This document shows positions 33,320-48,555 of a stretch of DNA of 64,000 nt, in pieces (the stretch's first letter is position 1; the number at the start of each line of letters is the position of its first letter). Position numbers and translations under genes: made by a program. The notes below the pieces were generated by a model that saw only the letters and a program-made list of their open reading frames with translations, was not told the DNA's origin and did no database searches. Source of the stretch: Nemertoderma westbladi. Lineage: Eukaryota; Animalia; Xenacoelomorpha. The stretch spans positions 1 to 64,000 of the forward strand of contig JAUCBJ010006792.1 in the NCBI GenBank assembly GCA_032718475.1. Direction: 5' to 3'.

Positions 33320-36300
33320 AATTTTTGGTCAGAAAAAAAAAACATTGAAAAAGTATATTTTAACAAGATTTGCCTTTGCCTATGGTCAGAGAATGATCCA
33401 ACTCTGTAACTTGGCAATCGCTCAAATCCATTCAGCTGAATGGCACAGTAGAGTAAACTAAAGTAAATTTCCTATACAATGTTCTGAAGGGGAGACTGAC
33501 AGAGAGTATTCCAACCATAAAACATTTTGCAATAATGTTGGCATTAATGTAGCCGATACACTGTATACCTAATAGTCATTCAGCAGGGGGAAGAGTTATT
33601 CAGCTGAGGCGGTAATAGATTGCAAACTAAACAAACCAGTTGGCAGCCTCATCGATTTATACTAAGCCTGTGTAGAACCACAAACTAAATCAACCAGTTA
33701 ATATTTGCTTTGACAGAGAGTGCAGGGCCTAAACAAACAGTATGGGTGTACTAAGTACAATAATCTTGGCAACCTCATCGATTTATACTAAGCCTTGTGT
33801 AGAAATGCATTACAGTACATAAGCCATTTTTCATCAGGACACCAGCTGTCATGGGTGTTATTTTACCATTGCGCCTATGGCGTTTTTTCGTTTATCTCTA
33901 TTTTTCGAGCCCAGAGGCTATGGACGGAGTAGCCGATCATGCCAGGGACCTTAGAATCGCGGTATCTAGATGCTGTGAAAATTTCATCAAAATCGTTAGA
34001 GTAGTTTTGGCTGTAGATCAGCCAGCCAGCCAGCCAGTCAGCCAGCCAGTCAATCAGCAAACAATTCTTACAGTAATGAACCTCTTGGTTCACTAGTGAC
34101 GGGCCTAGCGGCCCGATAAGGAACCGACTTTTTATTTTAAATAAAAGAGACAACGAGAATTAGTATAGAACTAATAATTATGTAAAAATACAATCATATT
34201 TCATACAATAATTATTAATAAATTCGATCTATTATTAGTTGCTCCATTCTAGAACAAAATCGACCTGCAACTAGTGAAGACCTCGTTTTGGAATTTCGAA
34301 ACCACGCTGGTGCGATGCGCGATATCGTGTTTAGTTAATAAATTGATAACTCCATCAATTCATGTGCAACCAGTAATAAGAAATCGCGATAAATGTAATT
34401 AAATAAAAATTATTCTAGAAAAATTTTCCTCAAAAGGTATGAAGTCTTGGCATTGGTGACGCGAAACTAGGCTAGTGAGATTCAGGATATTGCGTTTAAT
34501 ATAAAAATCGAAAACTCTATCGAATTCCGTAAAGGCGTTAATAAAATACTGCAACTTTTTTGAAATTTGTAAAATTCTAGAACGAGAAAAAATTTATTTT
34601 TGAACGGCGGTGTTTGGGGTTTCGAAACATGGATAGGCTGAAAGAGGACATCGAGTTAAGTTGAAAAATGAAAACCCCATCGAATTTGGACAAAGCGTTC
34701 CGGAGTTATAGCGGATCGAAAAAAATTGACCCCCCCCAGTCGCCAAAAATTTACAGTAATTTAAAATTTTGCAAAAAAATTTTTTGGCGTTATTTTTAAT
34801 GGCGAATCGATTGGCAGTACTGGCTACGAAAAATTTTTTTTGAAATTTTTGGTCAGAAAAAAAAACATGGAAAAAGTATATTTTAACAAGATTTGCCTTT
34901 GCCTATGGTCAGAGAATGATCCAACTCTGTAACTTGGCAATCGCTCAAATCCATTCAGCTGAATGGCACAGTAGAGTAAACTAAAGTAAATTTCCTATAC
35001 AATGTTCTGAAGGGGAGACTGACAGAGAGTAATCAAACAATAAAACATTTTGCAATAATGTTGGCATTAATGTAGCCGATACACTGTATACCTAATAGTC
35101 ATTCAGCAGGGGGAAGAGTTATTCAGCTGAGGCGGTAATAGATTGCAAACTAAACCAACCAGTTGGCAGCCTCATCGATTTATACTAAGCCTGTGTAGAA
35201 CCACAAACTAAATCAACCAGTTAATATTTGCTTTGACAGAGAGTGCAGGGCCTAAACAAACAGTATGGGTGTACTAAGTACAATAATCTTGGCAACCTCA
35301 TCGATTTATACTAAGCCTTGTGTAGAAATCCATTACATAAGCCATTTTTCATCAGGACACCAGCTGTAATGGGTGATATTTCACCATTGCGCCTATGGCG
35401 TTTTTTCGTTTATGTCCATTATTCGAGCCCACGGCTCATGGACGAATTAGCGGAACATACCAGGGACCTTAGAATCACGGTATCTAGCCGCTGTGAAAAT
35501 TTCATCAAAATCGTTAGAGTAGTTTTGGCTGTAGATCAGTCAGTCAGCCAGCCAGTCAGTCACGAGCAATTCTTACAGTAATGAACCTCTCGGTTCCTAA
35601 CTAGTGACGGGCCTAGCTGCCCGATAAGGAACCGACTTTTTATTTTAAATAAAAGAGACAACGAGAATTAGTATAGAACTAATAATTATGTAAAAATACA
35701 ATCATATTTCATACAATAATTATTAATAAATTCAATCTATTATAAGTTGTTCAATTCTAGAACAAAAACGACATGCAACTAGTGAAGACCTCGTTTTGGA
35801 ATTTCGAAACCACGCTAGTGCGATGCGCGATATCGTGTTTAGTTAATAAATTGAAAACTCCATCAATTCATGTGCAACCAGTAATAAGAAATCGCGATAA
35901 ATGTAATTAAATAAAAATTATTCTAGAAAAATTTTCCTCTAAAAGTATGAAGTCTTGGCATTGGTGACGTGAAACTAGGCTAGTGAGATTCAGGATATTG
36001 CGTTTAATACAAAAATCGAAAACGCTATCGAATTCCGTAAAGGCGTTAATAAAATACTGCAACTTTTTTGAAATTTGTAAAATTCTAGAACTAGAAAAAA
36101 TTAATTTTTGAACGGTGCTGTTTGGGGTTTCGAAAAATGGATAGGCTGAAAGAGGACGTCGAATTAAGTTGAAAAATAAAAACCCCATCGAATTTGGACA
36201 AAGCGTTCCGGAGTTATAGCGGACCGAAAAAAATTGACCCCCCCCCCCAGTCGCCAAAAATTTACAGTAATTTAAAATTTAGCAAAAAAAATTTTTTGCG

Positions 36301-39300
36301 TTATTTTTGATGGCGAATCGATTGGCAGTACTGGCTACAAAAATTTTTTTTTGAAATTTTTGGTCAGAAAAAAAACATGGAAAAAGTATCTTTTTAAAAA
36401 GATTTGATGTCTTTGCCTATGGTCAGAGAATGATCCAACTCTGTAACTTGGCAATCGCTCAAATCCATTCAGCTGAATGGCACAGTAGAGTAAACTAAAG
36501 TAAATTCCCTTTACAATGTTCTGAAGGGGAGAGTGACAGAGAGTAATCCAACAATAAAACATTTTGCAATAATGTTGGCATTAATGTAGCCAACACACTG
36601 TGTACTTAAGTCATTCAGCTTACATTAGCAGAGTGAGAGACTCCCATAGAATGCATTGGGAAAAGTAATTCAGCTGAGGCGATAATAGATTTCAAACTAA
36701 ACCAACCAGTTAATATTTGCTTTGACAGAGTGTCCTAGGGCCTAAACAAACAGTATGGGTGTACTAAGTACAATAATCTTGGCAACCTCATCGATTTACA
36801 TACTAAGCCTTGTGTAGAAATCCATTACATAAGCCATTTTTCATCACGACACCAGCTGTTATTGGTGTTATTTTACCATTGCGCCTATGGCGTTTTTTCG
36901 TTTATGTCTATTTTTCGAGCCCGCGGCTCATGGACGAAATAGCGGAACATACCAGGGACCTTAGAATCGAGGTATCTAGCCACTGTAAAAATTTCATCAA
37001 AATCGTTAGAGTAGTTTTGGCTGTAGATCAGTCAGCCAGTCAGCCAACAATTCTTACAGTAATGAACCTCTCGGTTCCTAAGTGACGGGCCTAGCAGCCC
37101 GATAAGGAACCGACTTTTTATTTCAAATAATAAAACAACGAGAATTATTATAGAACTAATAATTATGTAAAAATACAATCATATTTCATACAATAATTAT
37201 TAATAAATTCGATCTATTATTAGTTACTCAATTCTAGAACAAAATCGACCTGCAACTAGTGAAGACCTCGTTTTGGAATTTCGAAACCACGCTGGTACGA
37301 TGCGCGATATCGTGTTTAGTTAATAAATTGAAAACTCCATCAATTCATGTGCAACCAGTAATAAGAAATCGCGATAAATGTAATTAAATAAAAATTATTC
37401 TAGAAAAATTTTCCTCAAAAAGTATGAAGTCTTGGCGTTGGTGACGCGAAACTAGGCTAGTGAGATTCAGGATATTGCGTTTAATATAAAAATCGAAAAC
37501 GCTATCGAATTCCGTAAAGGCGTTAATAAAATACTGAAACTTTTTTGAAATTTGTAAAATTCTAGAACTGGAAAAAATTAATTTTTGAACGGCGCTGTTT
37601 GGGGTTTGGAAACATGGATAGGCTGAAAGAGGACATCGAATTAAGTTGAAAAATGAAAACCCCATCGAATTTGGACAAAGTGTTCCGGAGTTATAGCGGA
37701 TCGAAAAAAATTGACCCCCCCCAGTCGCCAAAAATTTACAGTAATTTAAAATTTTGCAAAAAAAATTTTTTGCGTTATTTTTTATGGCGAATCGATTGGC
37801 AGTACTGGCTACGAAAAATTTTTTTTTGAAATTTTTGGTCAGAAAAAAAAACATGGAAAAAGTATATTTTTAAAAAGATTTGATGTCTTTGCCTATGGTC
37901 AGAGAATGATCCAACTCTGTAACTTGGCAATCGCTCAAATCCATTCAGCTGAATGGCAAAGTAGAGTAAACTAAAGTAAATTCCCTATACAATGTTCTGA
38001 AGGGGTGACTGACATGAGTAATCCAACAATAAAACATTTTGCAATAATGTTGGCATTAATGTAGCCAACTCACTGTCTACGTAACTGTCATTCAGCTTAC
38101 ATTAGCAGAGTGAGATATTCCCCATAGATGCATTGGGAAGAGTAATTCAGCTGAGGCGATATTAGATTTCAAACTAAACCAACCAGTTAATAATGTTTGC
38201 TTTGACAGAGAGTGGTGGCCTCGCCTATACAAACAGTATGGGTGTACTGAGTATAATAATCTTGGCAACCTCATCGATTTATTACTAAGCCTTCTGTAGT
38301 AATGCATTACATAACCCATTTTTCAGCACGACACCAGCTGTTATTGGTGTTATTTTACCATTGCGCCTATGGCGTTTTTTCGTTTATGTCTATTTTTCGA
38401 GCCCACGGCTCATGGACGAAATAGCGGAACATACCAGGGACCTTATAATCACGGTATCTAGATGCTGTGAAAATTTCATCAAAATTTGAAATTTTTGGTC
38501 AGAAAAAAAAACATGGAAAAAGTATATTTTTAAAAAGATTTCATGTCTTTGCCTATGGTCAGAGAATGATCCAACTCTGTAACTTGGCAATCGCTCAGAG
38601 TATCACTATAAGGCTGAGTAAACATTCCACCTTATAAGCATACAGCCTCCACAGTATTAATGTTGGCATTAATGTAGCCGATACACTGTATACCTAATAG
38701 TCATTCAGCAGGGGGAAGAGTTATTCAGCTGAGGCGGTAATAGATTGCAAACTAAACCAACCAGTTGGCAGCCTCATCGATTTATACTAAGCCTGTGTAG
38801 AACCACAAACTAAATCAACCAGTTAATATTTGCTTTGACAGGGCCTAAACAAACAGTATGGGTGTACTGAGTACAATAATCTTGGCAACCTCATCGATTT
38901 ATACTAAGCCTTGTGTAGAAATCCATTACATAAGCCATTTTTCATCACGACACCAGCTGTTATTGGTGTTATTTTACCATTGCGCCTAAGGCGTTTTTTC
39001 GTTTATGTCTATTTTTCGAGCCCACGGCTCATGGACGAAATAGCGGAACATACCAGGGACCTTAGAATCGCGGTATCTAGCCGCTGTGAAAATTTCATCA
39101 AAATCGTTAGAGTAGTTTTGGCTATAGATTAACCAGCCAGCCAGCCAGCCTCGAGCAATTCTTACAGTAATGAACCTCTCGGTTCCTAACTAGTGACGGG
39201 CCTAGCGGCCCGATAAGGAACCGACTTTTTATTTCAAATAAAAGAGACAACGAGGTCGGCTCGGTCTTGCACGATTGGGCACGATTAAGTTCGACTTGGC

Positions 39301-42300
39301 TTGATCGGCTCGGTTTGGCTCGATTAGGCTCCTCGTTTTGGAATTTCGAAACCACGCTGGTGCGATGCGCGATATCGTGTTTAGTTAATAAATTGAAAAC
39401 TCCATCAATTCATGTGCAACCAGTAATAAGAAATCGCGATAAATGTAATTTAATAAAAATTATTCTAGAAAAATTTTCCTCAAAAAGTATGAAGTCTTGG
39501 CGTTGGTGACGCGAAACTAGGCTAGTGAGATTCAGGATATTGCGTTTAATATAAAAATCGAAAACGCTATCGAATTCCGTAAAGGCGTTAATAAAATACT
39601 GAAACTTTTTTGAAATTTGTAAAATTCTAGAACTGGAAAAAATTATTTTTTGAACGGCGCTGTTTGGGGTTTGGAAACATGGATAGGCTGAAAGAGGACA
39701 TCTAATTAAGTTGAAAAATGAAAACCCCATCGAATTTGGACAAAGCGTTCCGGATTTATAGCGGATCGAAAAAAATTGACCCCCCCCCCAGTCGCCAAAA
39801 ATTTACAGTAATTTAAAATTTTGCAAAAAAAAATTTTTGCGTTATTTTTGATGGCGAATCGATTGGCAGTACTGGCTACGAAAAATTTTTTTTTGAAATT
39901 TTTGGTCAGAAAAAAAACATGGAAAAAGTATATTTTTAAAAAGATTTGATGTCTTTGCCTATGGTCAGAGAATGATCCAACTCTGTAACTTGGCAATCGC
40001 TCAAATCCATTCAGCTGAATGGCACAGTAGAGTAAACTAAAGTAAATTCCCTATACAATGTTCTGAAGGGGTGACTGACAGAGAGTAATCCAACAATAAA
40101 ACATTTTGCAATAATGTTGGCATTAATGTAGCCAACTCACTGTGTACGTAACAGTCATTCAGCTTACATTAGCAGAGTGAGATATTACCATAGATTGCAT
40201 TGGGAAGAGTAATTCAGCTGAGGCGATATTAGATTTCAAACTAAACCAACCAGTTCATAATGTTTGCTTTGACAGAGAGTGGTGGCCTATACAAACAGTA
40301 TGGGTGTACTGAGTATAATAATCTTGGCAACCTCATCGATTTATTACTAAGCCTTCTGTAGAAATGCATTACATAAGCCATTTTTCATCACGACACCAGC
40401 TGTCATGGGTGTTATTTTACCATTGCGCCTATGGCGTTTTTTCGTTTATGTCTATTTTTCGAGCCCACGGCTCATGGACGAAATAGCGGAACATACCAGG
40501 GACCTTAGAATCGCGGTATCTAGCCGCTGTGAAAATTTCATCAAAATCGTTAGAGTAGTTTTGGCTGTAGATTAGTCAGTCAGTCAGTCAGTCAGCCAGC
40601 CAGCCAGCCAGTCTCGAGCAATTCTTACAGTAATGAACCTCTCGGTTCCTAACTAGTGACGGGCCTAGCGGCCCGATAAGGAACCGACTTTTTATTTTAT
40701 TAAATAAAAGAGACACCGAGAATTAGTATAGAACTAATAATTATCTAAAAATACAATCATATTTCATACAATAATTATTAATAAATTCGATCTATTATTA
40801 GTTTCTCAATTCTAGAACAAAATCGACCTGCAACTAGTGAAGACCTCGTTTTAGAATTTCGAAACCACGCTGGTGCGATGCGCGATATCGTGTTTAGTTA
40901 ATAAATTGAAAACTCCATCAATTCATGTGCAATCAGTAATAAGAAATCGCTATAAATGTAATTAAATAAAAATTATTCTAGAAAAATTTTCCTCAAAAAA
41001 TATGAAATCTTGGCATTGGTGACGCGAAACTAGGCTAGTGAGATTCAGGATATTGCGTTTAATATAAAAATCGAAAACGCTATCGAATTCCGTAAAGGCG
41101 TTAATAAAATACTGCAACTTTTTTGAAATTTGTAAAATTCTAGAACTAGAAAAAAATAATTTTTGGACGGCGCTGTTTGGGGTTTCGAAACATGGATAGG
41201 CTGAAAGAGGACATCGAATTAAGTTGAAAAATGAAAACCCCATCGAATTTGGACAAAGCGTTCCGGAGTTATAGCGGATCGAAAAAAATTGACCCCCCCC
41301 AGTCGCCAAAAATTTACAGTAATTTAAAATTTTGTAAAAAAAATTTTTTGCGTTATTTTTGATGGCGAATCGATTGGCAGTACTGGCTACGAAAAATTTT
41401 TTTTTTAATTTTTGGTCAGAAAAAAAAACATCGAAAAAGTATATTTTTAAAAAGATTTGATGTCTTTGCCTATGGTCAGAGAATGATCCAACTCTGTACT
41501 TGGCAATCGCTCAAATCCATTCAGCTGAATGGCACAGTAGAGTAAACTAAAGTATATTTCATACAATAATTATTAATAAATTATTCTAGAAAAATGTTCC
41601 TCAAAAAGTATGAAGTCTTGGCATTGGTGACGCGAAACTAGGCTAGTGAGATTCAGGATATTGCGTTTAATATAAAAATCGAAAACGCTATCGAATTCCG
41701 TAAAGGCGTTAATAAAATACTGCAACTTTTTTGAAATTTGTAAAATTCTAGAACTAGAAAAAATTAATTTTTGAACGGCGCTGTTTGGGGTTTCGAAACA
41801 TGGATAGGCTGAAAGAGGACATCGAATTAAGTTGAAAAATAAAAACCCCATCGAATTTGGACAAAGCGTTCCGGAGTTATAGCGGATCGAAAAAAATTGA
41901 CCCCCCCCAGTCGCCAAAAATTTACAGTAATTTAAAATTTTGCAAAAAAAATTTTTTGCGTTATTTTTGATGGCAAATCGATTGACAGTACTGGCTATGA
42001 AAAAATCTTTTTGAAATTTTTGGTCAGAAAAAAAACATGGAAAAAGTATCTTTTTAAAAAGATTTGCTGTCTTTGCCTATGGTCAGAGAATGATCCAACT
42101 CTGTTACTTGGCAATCGCTCAAATCCATTCAGCTGAATGGCACAGTAGAGTAAACTAAAGTATATTCCCTATACAATGTTCTGAAGGGGAGACTGACAGA
42201 GAGTCCAACAATAAAACATTTTGCAAAAATGTTGACATTAATGTAGCCAACTCACTGTGTACTTAAGTCATTCAGCTTACATTAGCAGAGGGAGATATTC

Positions 42301-42993
42301 CCATAGAGTGCGCATTGGGAAGAGTAATTCAGCTGAGGCAATAATAGATTTCAAACTAAACCAACCAGTTAACAGAGTGTCCTAAGGCCTAAACAAACAG
42401 TATTGGTGTACTAAGTGAATAATCTTGGCAACCTCATCGATTTATACTAAGCCTTGTGTAGAAATCCATTACGTAAGCCATTTTTCATCACGACACCAGC
42501 TGTTATTGGTGATATTTTACCATTGCGCCTATGGCGTTTTTTCGTTTATGTCTATTTTTCGAGCCCACGGCTCATGGACGAAATAGCGGAACATATCAGG
42601 GACCTTAGAATCGCGGTATCCAGCCGCTGTGAAAATTTCATCAAAATCGTTAGAGTAGTTTTGGCTATAGATTAGCCAGCCAGCCAGTCAATCAATCAGC
42701 CAACAATTCTTACAGTAATGAACCTCTCGGTTCCTAACTAGTGACGGCGTCAAGACGCCGTTAAGCAAGTCGGAAGTCGTCAATCAAAGGTAAGTTCCCT
42801 CAACAATGTTTACCTTTGTTCAGAAGGGAAGTGTTATTTATCTATGGTCAGAGAGAGATCCCACTCTGTAATTTGGCAATTGCTCAAATCCATTCAGCTG
42901 AATGACTCAGTAGAGTAAACTAAAGTAAATTCCCTCAGCCTCAACAATGTTTGCCTATGGTGTGAAGGGAATCTGACAGAGAATAATCTTAGC

Positions 42994-43930
42994 CACTAAA
43001 TGTCATTCACCTAACAAAACATTTTGAATGCCACAGTGATTAACCCAATACAGATAATAAGCAGTTATTTTTATATTTCAAACTATAATGTTAGTGTAAG
43101 CCTTACAGAGTATCAGTATGAGGCTGAGTAAACATTCCGCCTTATAAGCATACAGCCTCCACAGTATTAATGTTGGCCAAAAGATTTATAAATAAAATAC
43201 AGTGCAATAGTACTCTGTAACCTACAGTCATTCAGCTTGCACTAAATGTCAATCACCTATAAAACATTTTGAATGCCACAGTGAATATTAACCCAATACA
43301 GATAATAAGAAGTGATTTTTATATTTCAAACTATAATGTTAGTCTTAGCCTTACAGAGTATCAGTATAAGGCTGTGTAAACATTCCGCCTTATAAGCATA
43401 CAGCCTCCACAGTATTAATGTTGGCCAAAAGATTTAAAAATAAAATACAGTGCAATAGTACTCTGTAACCTACAGTCATTCAGCTTGCACTAAATATCAA
43501 TCACCTATAAAACATTTAAACATTTTGAATGCCACAGTGTATAACCTGATACAGATAGTAAGCAGTGATTTTTATGTTTTAAACTATAACGTTAGTGTTA
43601 GCCTTCTTACAGTGTATCAGTATGAAGCTGAGTAAACATTCGCCTTAGAAGCATACAACCTCCAAAGTATTAATGTTGGACGAAAGATTTAAAAATAAAA
43701 TACAGTACAGTAGTACTCTGTAACTAACAGTCATTCAGCTTGCACTAAATGTCAATCACCTATAAAACATTTTGAATGCCACAGTGATTATTAACCCAAT
43801 ACAGATAATAAGAAGTGATTTTTATATTTCAAACTATAATGTTAGTCTTAGCCTTACAGAGTATCAGTATAAGGCTGTGTAAACATTCCACCTTATAAGC
43901 ATACAGCCTCCACAGTATTAATGTTGGCAT
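42994..43930. repeat. ~250-bp tandem repeat, ~4 copies, inside one monomer
   Basis: CACTAAATGTCA..CACCTA..AAAACATTTTGAATGCCACAGTG at ~42994, 43240, 43488 and 43743. Confidence 0.9.
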
Positions 43931-46435
43931 TAATGTAGCCGATACACTGTATACCTAATAGTCATTCAGCAGGGGGAAGAGTTATTCAGCTGAGGCGGTA
44001 ATAGATTGCAAACTAAACCAACCAGTTGGCAGCCTCATCGATTTATACTAAGCCTGTGTAGAACCACAAACTAAATCAACCAGTTAATATTTGCTTTGAC
44101 AGAGTGTCCTAGGGCCTAAACAAACAGTATGGGTGTACTAAGTACAATAATCTTGGCAACCTCATCGATTTATACTAAGCCTTGTGTAGAAATGCATTAC
44201 ATAAGCCATTTTTCATCAGGACACCAGCTGTCATTGGTGTTATTTTACCATAGCGCCTATGGCGTTTTTTCGTTTATCTCTATTTTTCAAGCCCATAGGC
44301 TATGGACGGAGTAGCCGATCATGCCAGGGACCTTAGAATCGCGGTATCTAGCTGCTGTGAAAATTTCATCAAAATCGTTAGAGTAGTTTTGGCTGTAGGT
44401 CAGTCAGTCAGTCAGTCAGCCAGTCAATCAATCAGCAAACAATTCTTACAGTAATCAAGTCTAACGACTTGCTAACTAGAGACGGCGTCAAGACGCCGTT
44501 AAGCAAGTCGGAAGTCATCATTCAAATGTAAATTCCATCAATAAGCTATCATTGGTGTTATTTTACCATTGCGCCTATGGCGTTTTTTCGTTTATGTCTA
44601 TTTTTCGAGCCCACGGCTCATGGACGAAATAGCGGAACATACCAGGGACCTTAGAATCGCGGTATCTAGCCGCTGTAAAAATTTCATCAAAATCGTTAGA
44701 GTAGTTTTGGCTGTAGATCAGCCAGCCAGCCAGTCAGTCAGCCAGCCAGCCAGCCAGTCAGTCAACAATTCTTATTACAGTAATCAAGTCCTACGACTTG
44801 CTAACTAGTGACGGGCCTAGCGGCCCGATAAGGAACCGACTTTTTATTTTAAATAAAAGAGACAACAAGAATTAGTATAGAACTAATAATTATGTAAAAA
44901 TACAATCATATTTCATACAATAATTATTAATAAATTCGATCTATTATTAGTTGCTCAATTCTAGAACAAAATCGACCTGCAACTAGTGAAGACCACGTTT
45001 TGGAATTTCGAAACCACGCTGGTGCGATGCGCGATATCGTGTTTAATTAATAAATCGAAAACTCCATCAATTCATGTGCAACCAGTAATAAGAAATCGCG
45101 ATAAATGTAATTAAATAAAGATTATTCTAGAAAAATTTTCTTCAAAAAGTATGAAGTCTTGGCGTTGGTGACGCGAAACTAGGCTAGTGAGATTCAGGAT
45201 ATTGCGTTTAATATAAGAATCGAAAACGCTATCGAATTCCGTAAAGGCGTTAATAAAATACTGCAACTTTTTTGAAATTTGTAAAATTCTAGAACTAGAA
45301 AAAATTAAATTTTGAACGGCGCTATTTGGGGTTTCGAAACATGGATAGACTGAAAGAGGACATCGAATTAAGTTGAAAAATAAAAACCCCATCGAATTTG
45401 GACAAAGCGTTCCGGAGTTATAGCGGATCGAAAAAAATTGACCCCCCCCAGTCGCCAAAAATTTACAGTAATTTTAAATTTTGCAAAAAAAAATTTTTGC
45501 GTTATTTTTGATGGTGAATCGATTGGCAGTACTGGCTACGAAAATTTTTTTTTGAAATTTTTGTTCAGAAAAAAAAACATGGAAAAATTATATTTTTAAA
45601 AAGATTTGTCTTTGCCTATGGTCAGAGAATGATCCAACTCTGTAACTTGGCAATCGCTCAAATCCATTCAGCTGAATGGCACAGTAGAGTAAACTAAAGT
45701 AAATTCCCTATACAATGTTCTGAAGGGGAGACTGACAGAGAGTAATCCAACAATAAAACATTTTGCAATATTGTTGGCATTAATGTAGCCAACACACTGT
45801 GTACTTAAAGTCATTCAGCTTACATTAGCAGAGTGAGATATTCTCATAGAATGCATTGGGAAGAGTAATTCAGCTGAGGCGATAATAGATTTCTAACTAA
45901 ACCAACCAGTTAATATTTGCTTTGACAGAGTGTCCTAGGGCCTAAACAAACAGTATGGGTGTACTAAGTAGAATAATCTTGGCAACCTCATCGATTTATA
46001 CTAAGCCTTGTGTAGAAATCCATTACATAAGCCATTTTTCATCACGACACCAGCTGTTATTGGTGTTATTTTACCATTGCGCTTATGGCGTTTTTTCGTT
46101 TATGTCTATTTTTCGAGCCCACGGCTCATGGACGAAATAGCGGAACATACCAGGGACCTTAGAATCGCGGTATCCAGCCGCTGTGAAAATTTCATCAAAA
46201 TCGTTAGAGTAGTTTTTGCTGTAGGTCAGTCAGTCAGTCAGTCAGTCAGCCAGTCAATCAGTCAGCGAATTACAGTAATGAAGAACAATTCTTACAGTAA
46301 TGAACCTCTCGGTTCCTAACTAGTGACGGGCCTAGCGGCCCGATAAGGAACCGACTTTTTATTTCAAATAAAAGAGACAACGAGCTCGGCTCGGTCTTGC
46401 ACGATTGGGCACGATTAAGTTCGACTTGGCTTGAT

Positions 46436-46812
46436 CGGCTCGGCTCGGCTCGGCTCGCCTCGGCTCGGCTCGGCTCGGTTCGGTTCGGCTCGGCTCGGTT
46501 CGGCTCGGCTCGGCTCGGCACGGCTCGGCTCGGCTCGGCTCGGCTCGGCTCGGCTCGGCTCGGCTCGGCTCGGCTCGGCTCGGCTCGGCTCGGCTCGGCT
46601 CGGCTCGGCTCGGCTCGGCTCGGCTCGGCTCGGCTCGGCTCGGCTCGGCTCGGCTCGGCTCGGCTCGGCTCGGCTCGGCTCGGCTCGGCTCGGCTCGGCT
46701 CGGCTCGGCTCGGCTCGGCTCGGCTCGGCTCGGCTCGGCTCGGCTCGGCTCGGCTCGGCTCGGCTCGGCTCGGCTCGGCTCGGCTCGGCTCGGCTCGGCT
46801 CGGCTCGGCTCG
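46436..46812. repeat. (GGCTC)n pentanucleotide array, ~75 units
   Basis: Nearly pure CGGCT repeats. Confidence 0.98.
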
Positions 46813-46828
46813 GTCTGAGTCGACTCCC

Positions 46829-47292
46829 CGTGCTGCTCAAAGGGCGCAAATACATATATCAAAGGGTCAAAGCAAAACTCACGTGCTGCTCGAAGGGTCA
46901 AAGTCAAACAATGTGTCTATTATTTGATGTAATTCGCGTGCTGCTCGAAGGGCGCAAATACATATATCGAAGGGTCAAAGCAAAACTCACGTGCTGCTCG
47001 AAGGGTCAAAGTCAAACAATGTGTCTATTATTTGATGTAATTCACGTGCTGCTCGAAGGGCGCAAATACATATATCGAAGGGTCAAAGCAAAACTCACGT
47101 GCTGCTCGAAGGGTCAAAGTCAAACAATGTGTCTATTATTTGATGTAATTCACGTGCTGCTCGAAGGGCGCAAATACATATATCGAAGGGTCAAAGCAAA
47201 ACTCACGTGCTGCTCGAAGGGACAAAGTCAAACATCGTGTCTATTATTTGATTATCTCACGTGCTGCTAGAAGGGCGCAACTACATATATCG
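46829..47292. repeat. 108-bp tandem repeat, ~4.3 copies (two CACGTGCTGCTCGAAGGG subunits per unit); shorter versions at 49844-50090, 59785-60010 and 61965-62295
   Basis: Units start at 46829, 46937, 47045 and 47153. Confidence 0.93.
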
Positions 47293-48555
47293 AAACAAGC
47301 CCCTGTCTTGTATTTTAATTATATCAGAAATCCTTGCCTTCAGTACAAATATCTAAAAATTCATTCACCTGAAGTATGGGTAACATTATAAATTCGTTTT
47401 TCGCACAGTAGAGTTAACTAAGCAAATACCCTCCAGGTTGACTGAATGATTTTATTAATGTTTGCCATGCATAATGTACTATATTTGGGTCCCATGACCC
47501 ACCCCATTGAACAGCTTTGCTTACATCTGATAGAAAGTAATCCCAAATTAACTTCCCTCTACGAAAATTATTTTAATTAAATACATACAACATAGCAGTC
47601 AACTCTGCAATCAACAGTACACAATAACTAAAATGGCATTCAGCTTACCAGCTATTCGCATTAAGCTAATAGATATTCGATTTCATTGGATTCAGCGAGT
47701 GTGTGAGGGCTATTGGGAGAGCAATCAGCTTATGATGTAATACATTAGAATGCACGGCTTTTGTTTGCTTACTGTCTGAGTTGTAGAGTGAGGATAATAC
47801 TTGGCAGAGAAAGCATTTCCTCGTTAGGTGGCCATTCCTATAGAATAGCATTACTAGGCTATCTCTATCCATTTTTCATGAGAGCCAGCTGGTGTTTTTA
47901 TCATTGCGCCTATGGCGTTTTTTCGTTTATGTCTATTTTTCGAGCCCACGGCTCATGGACGAAATAGCGGAACATACCAGGGACCTTAGAATCGCGGTAT
48001 CCAGCCGCTGTGAAAATTTCATCAAAATCGTTAGAGTAGTTTTGGCTGTAGATCAGCCAGCCAGTCTCGAGCAATTCTTACAGTAATGAACCTCTCGGTT
48101 CCTAACTAGAGACGGCGTCAAGACGCCGTTAAGCAAGTCGGAAGTCATCAATCAAATGTAAATTCCATCAACAAGCTGTCATTGGTGTTATTTTACCATT
48201 GCGCCTATGGCGTTTTTTCGTTTATGTCTATTTTTCGAGCCCACGGCTCATGGACGAAATAGCGGAACATACCAGGGACCTTAGAATCGCGGTATCTAGC
48301 CGCTGTGAAAATTTCATCAAAATCGTTAGAGTAGTTTTGGCTGTAGATCAGCCAGCCAGCCAGCCAGCCAGTCAGCCAGCCAGCCAGCCAGTCAATCAGC
48401 CAACAATTCTTACAGTAATCAAGTCCTACGACTTGCTAACTAGTGACGGGCCTAGCGGCCCGATAAGGAACCGACTTTTTATTTCAAATAAAAGAGACAA
48501 CGAGCTCGGCTCGGTCTTGCACGATTGGGCACGATTAAGTTCGACTTGGCTTGAT

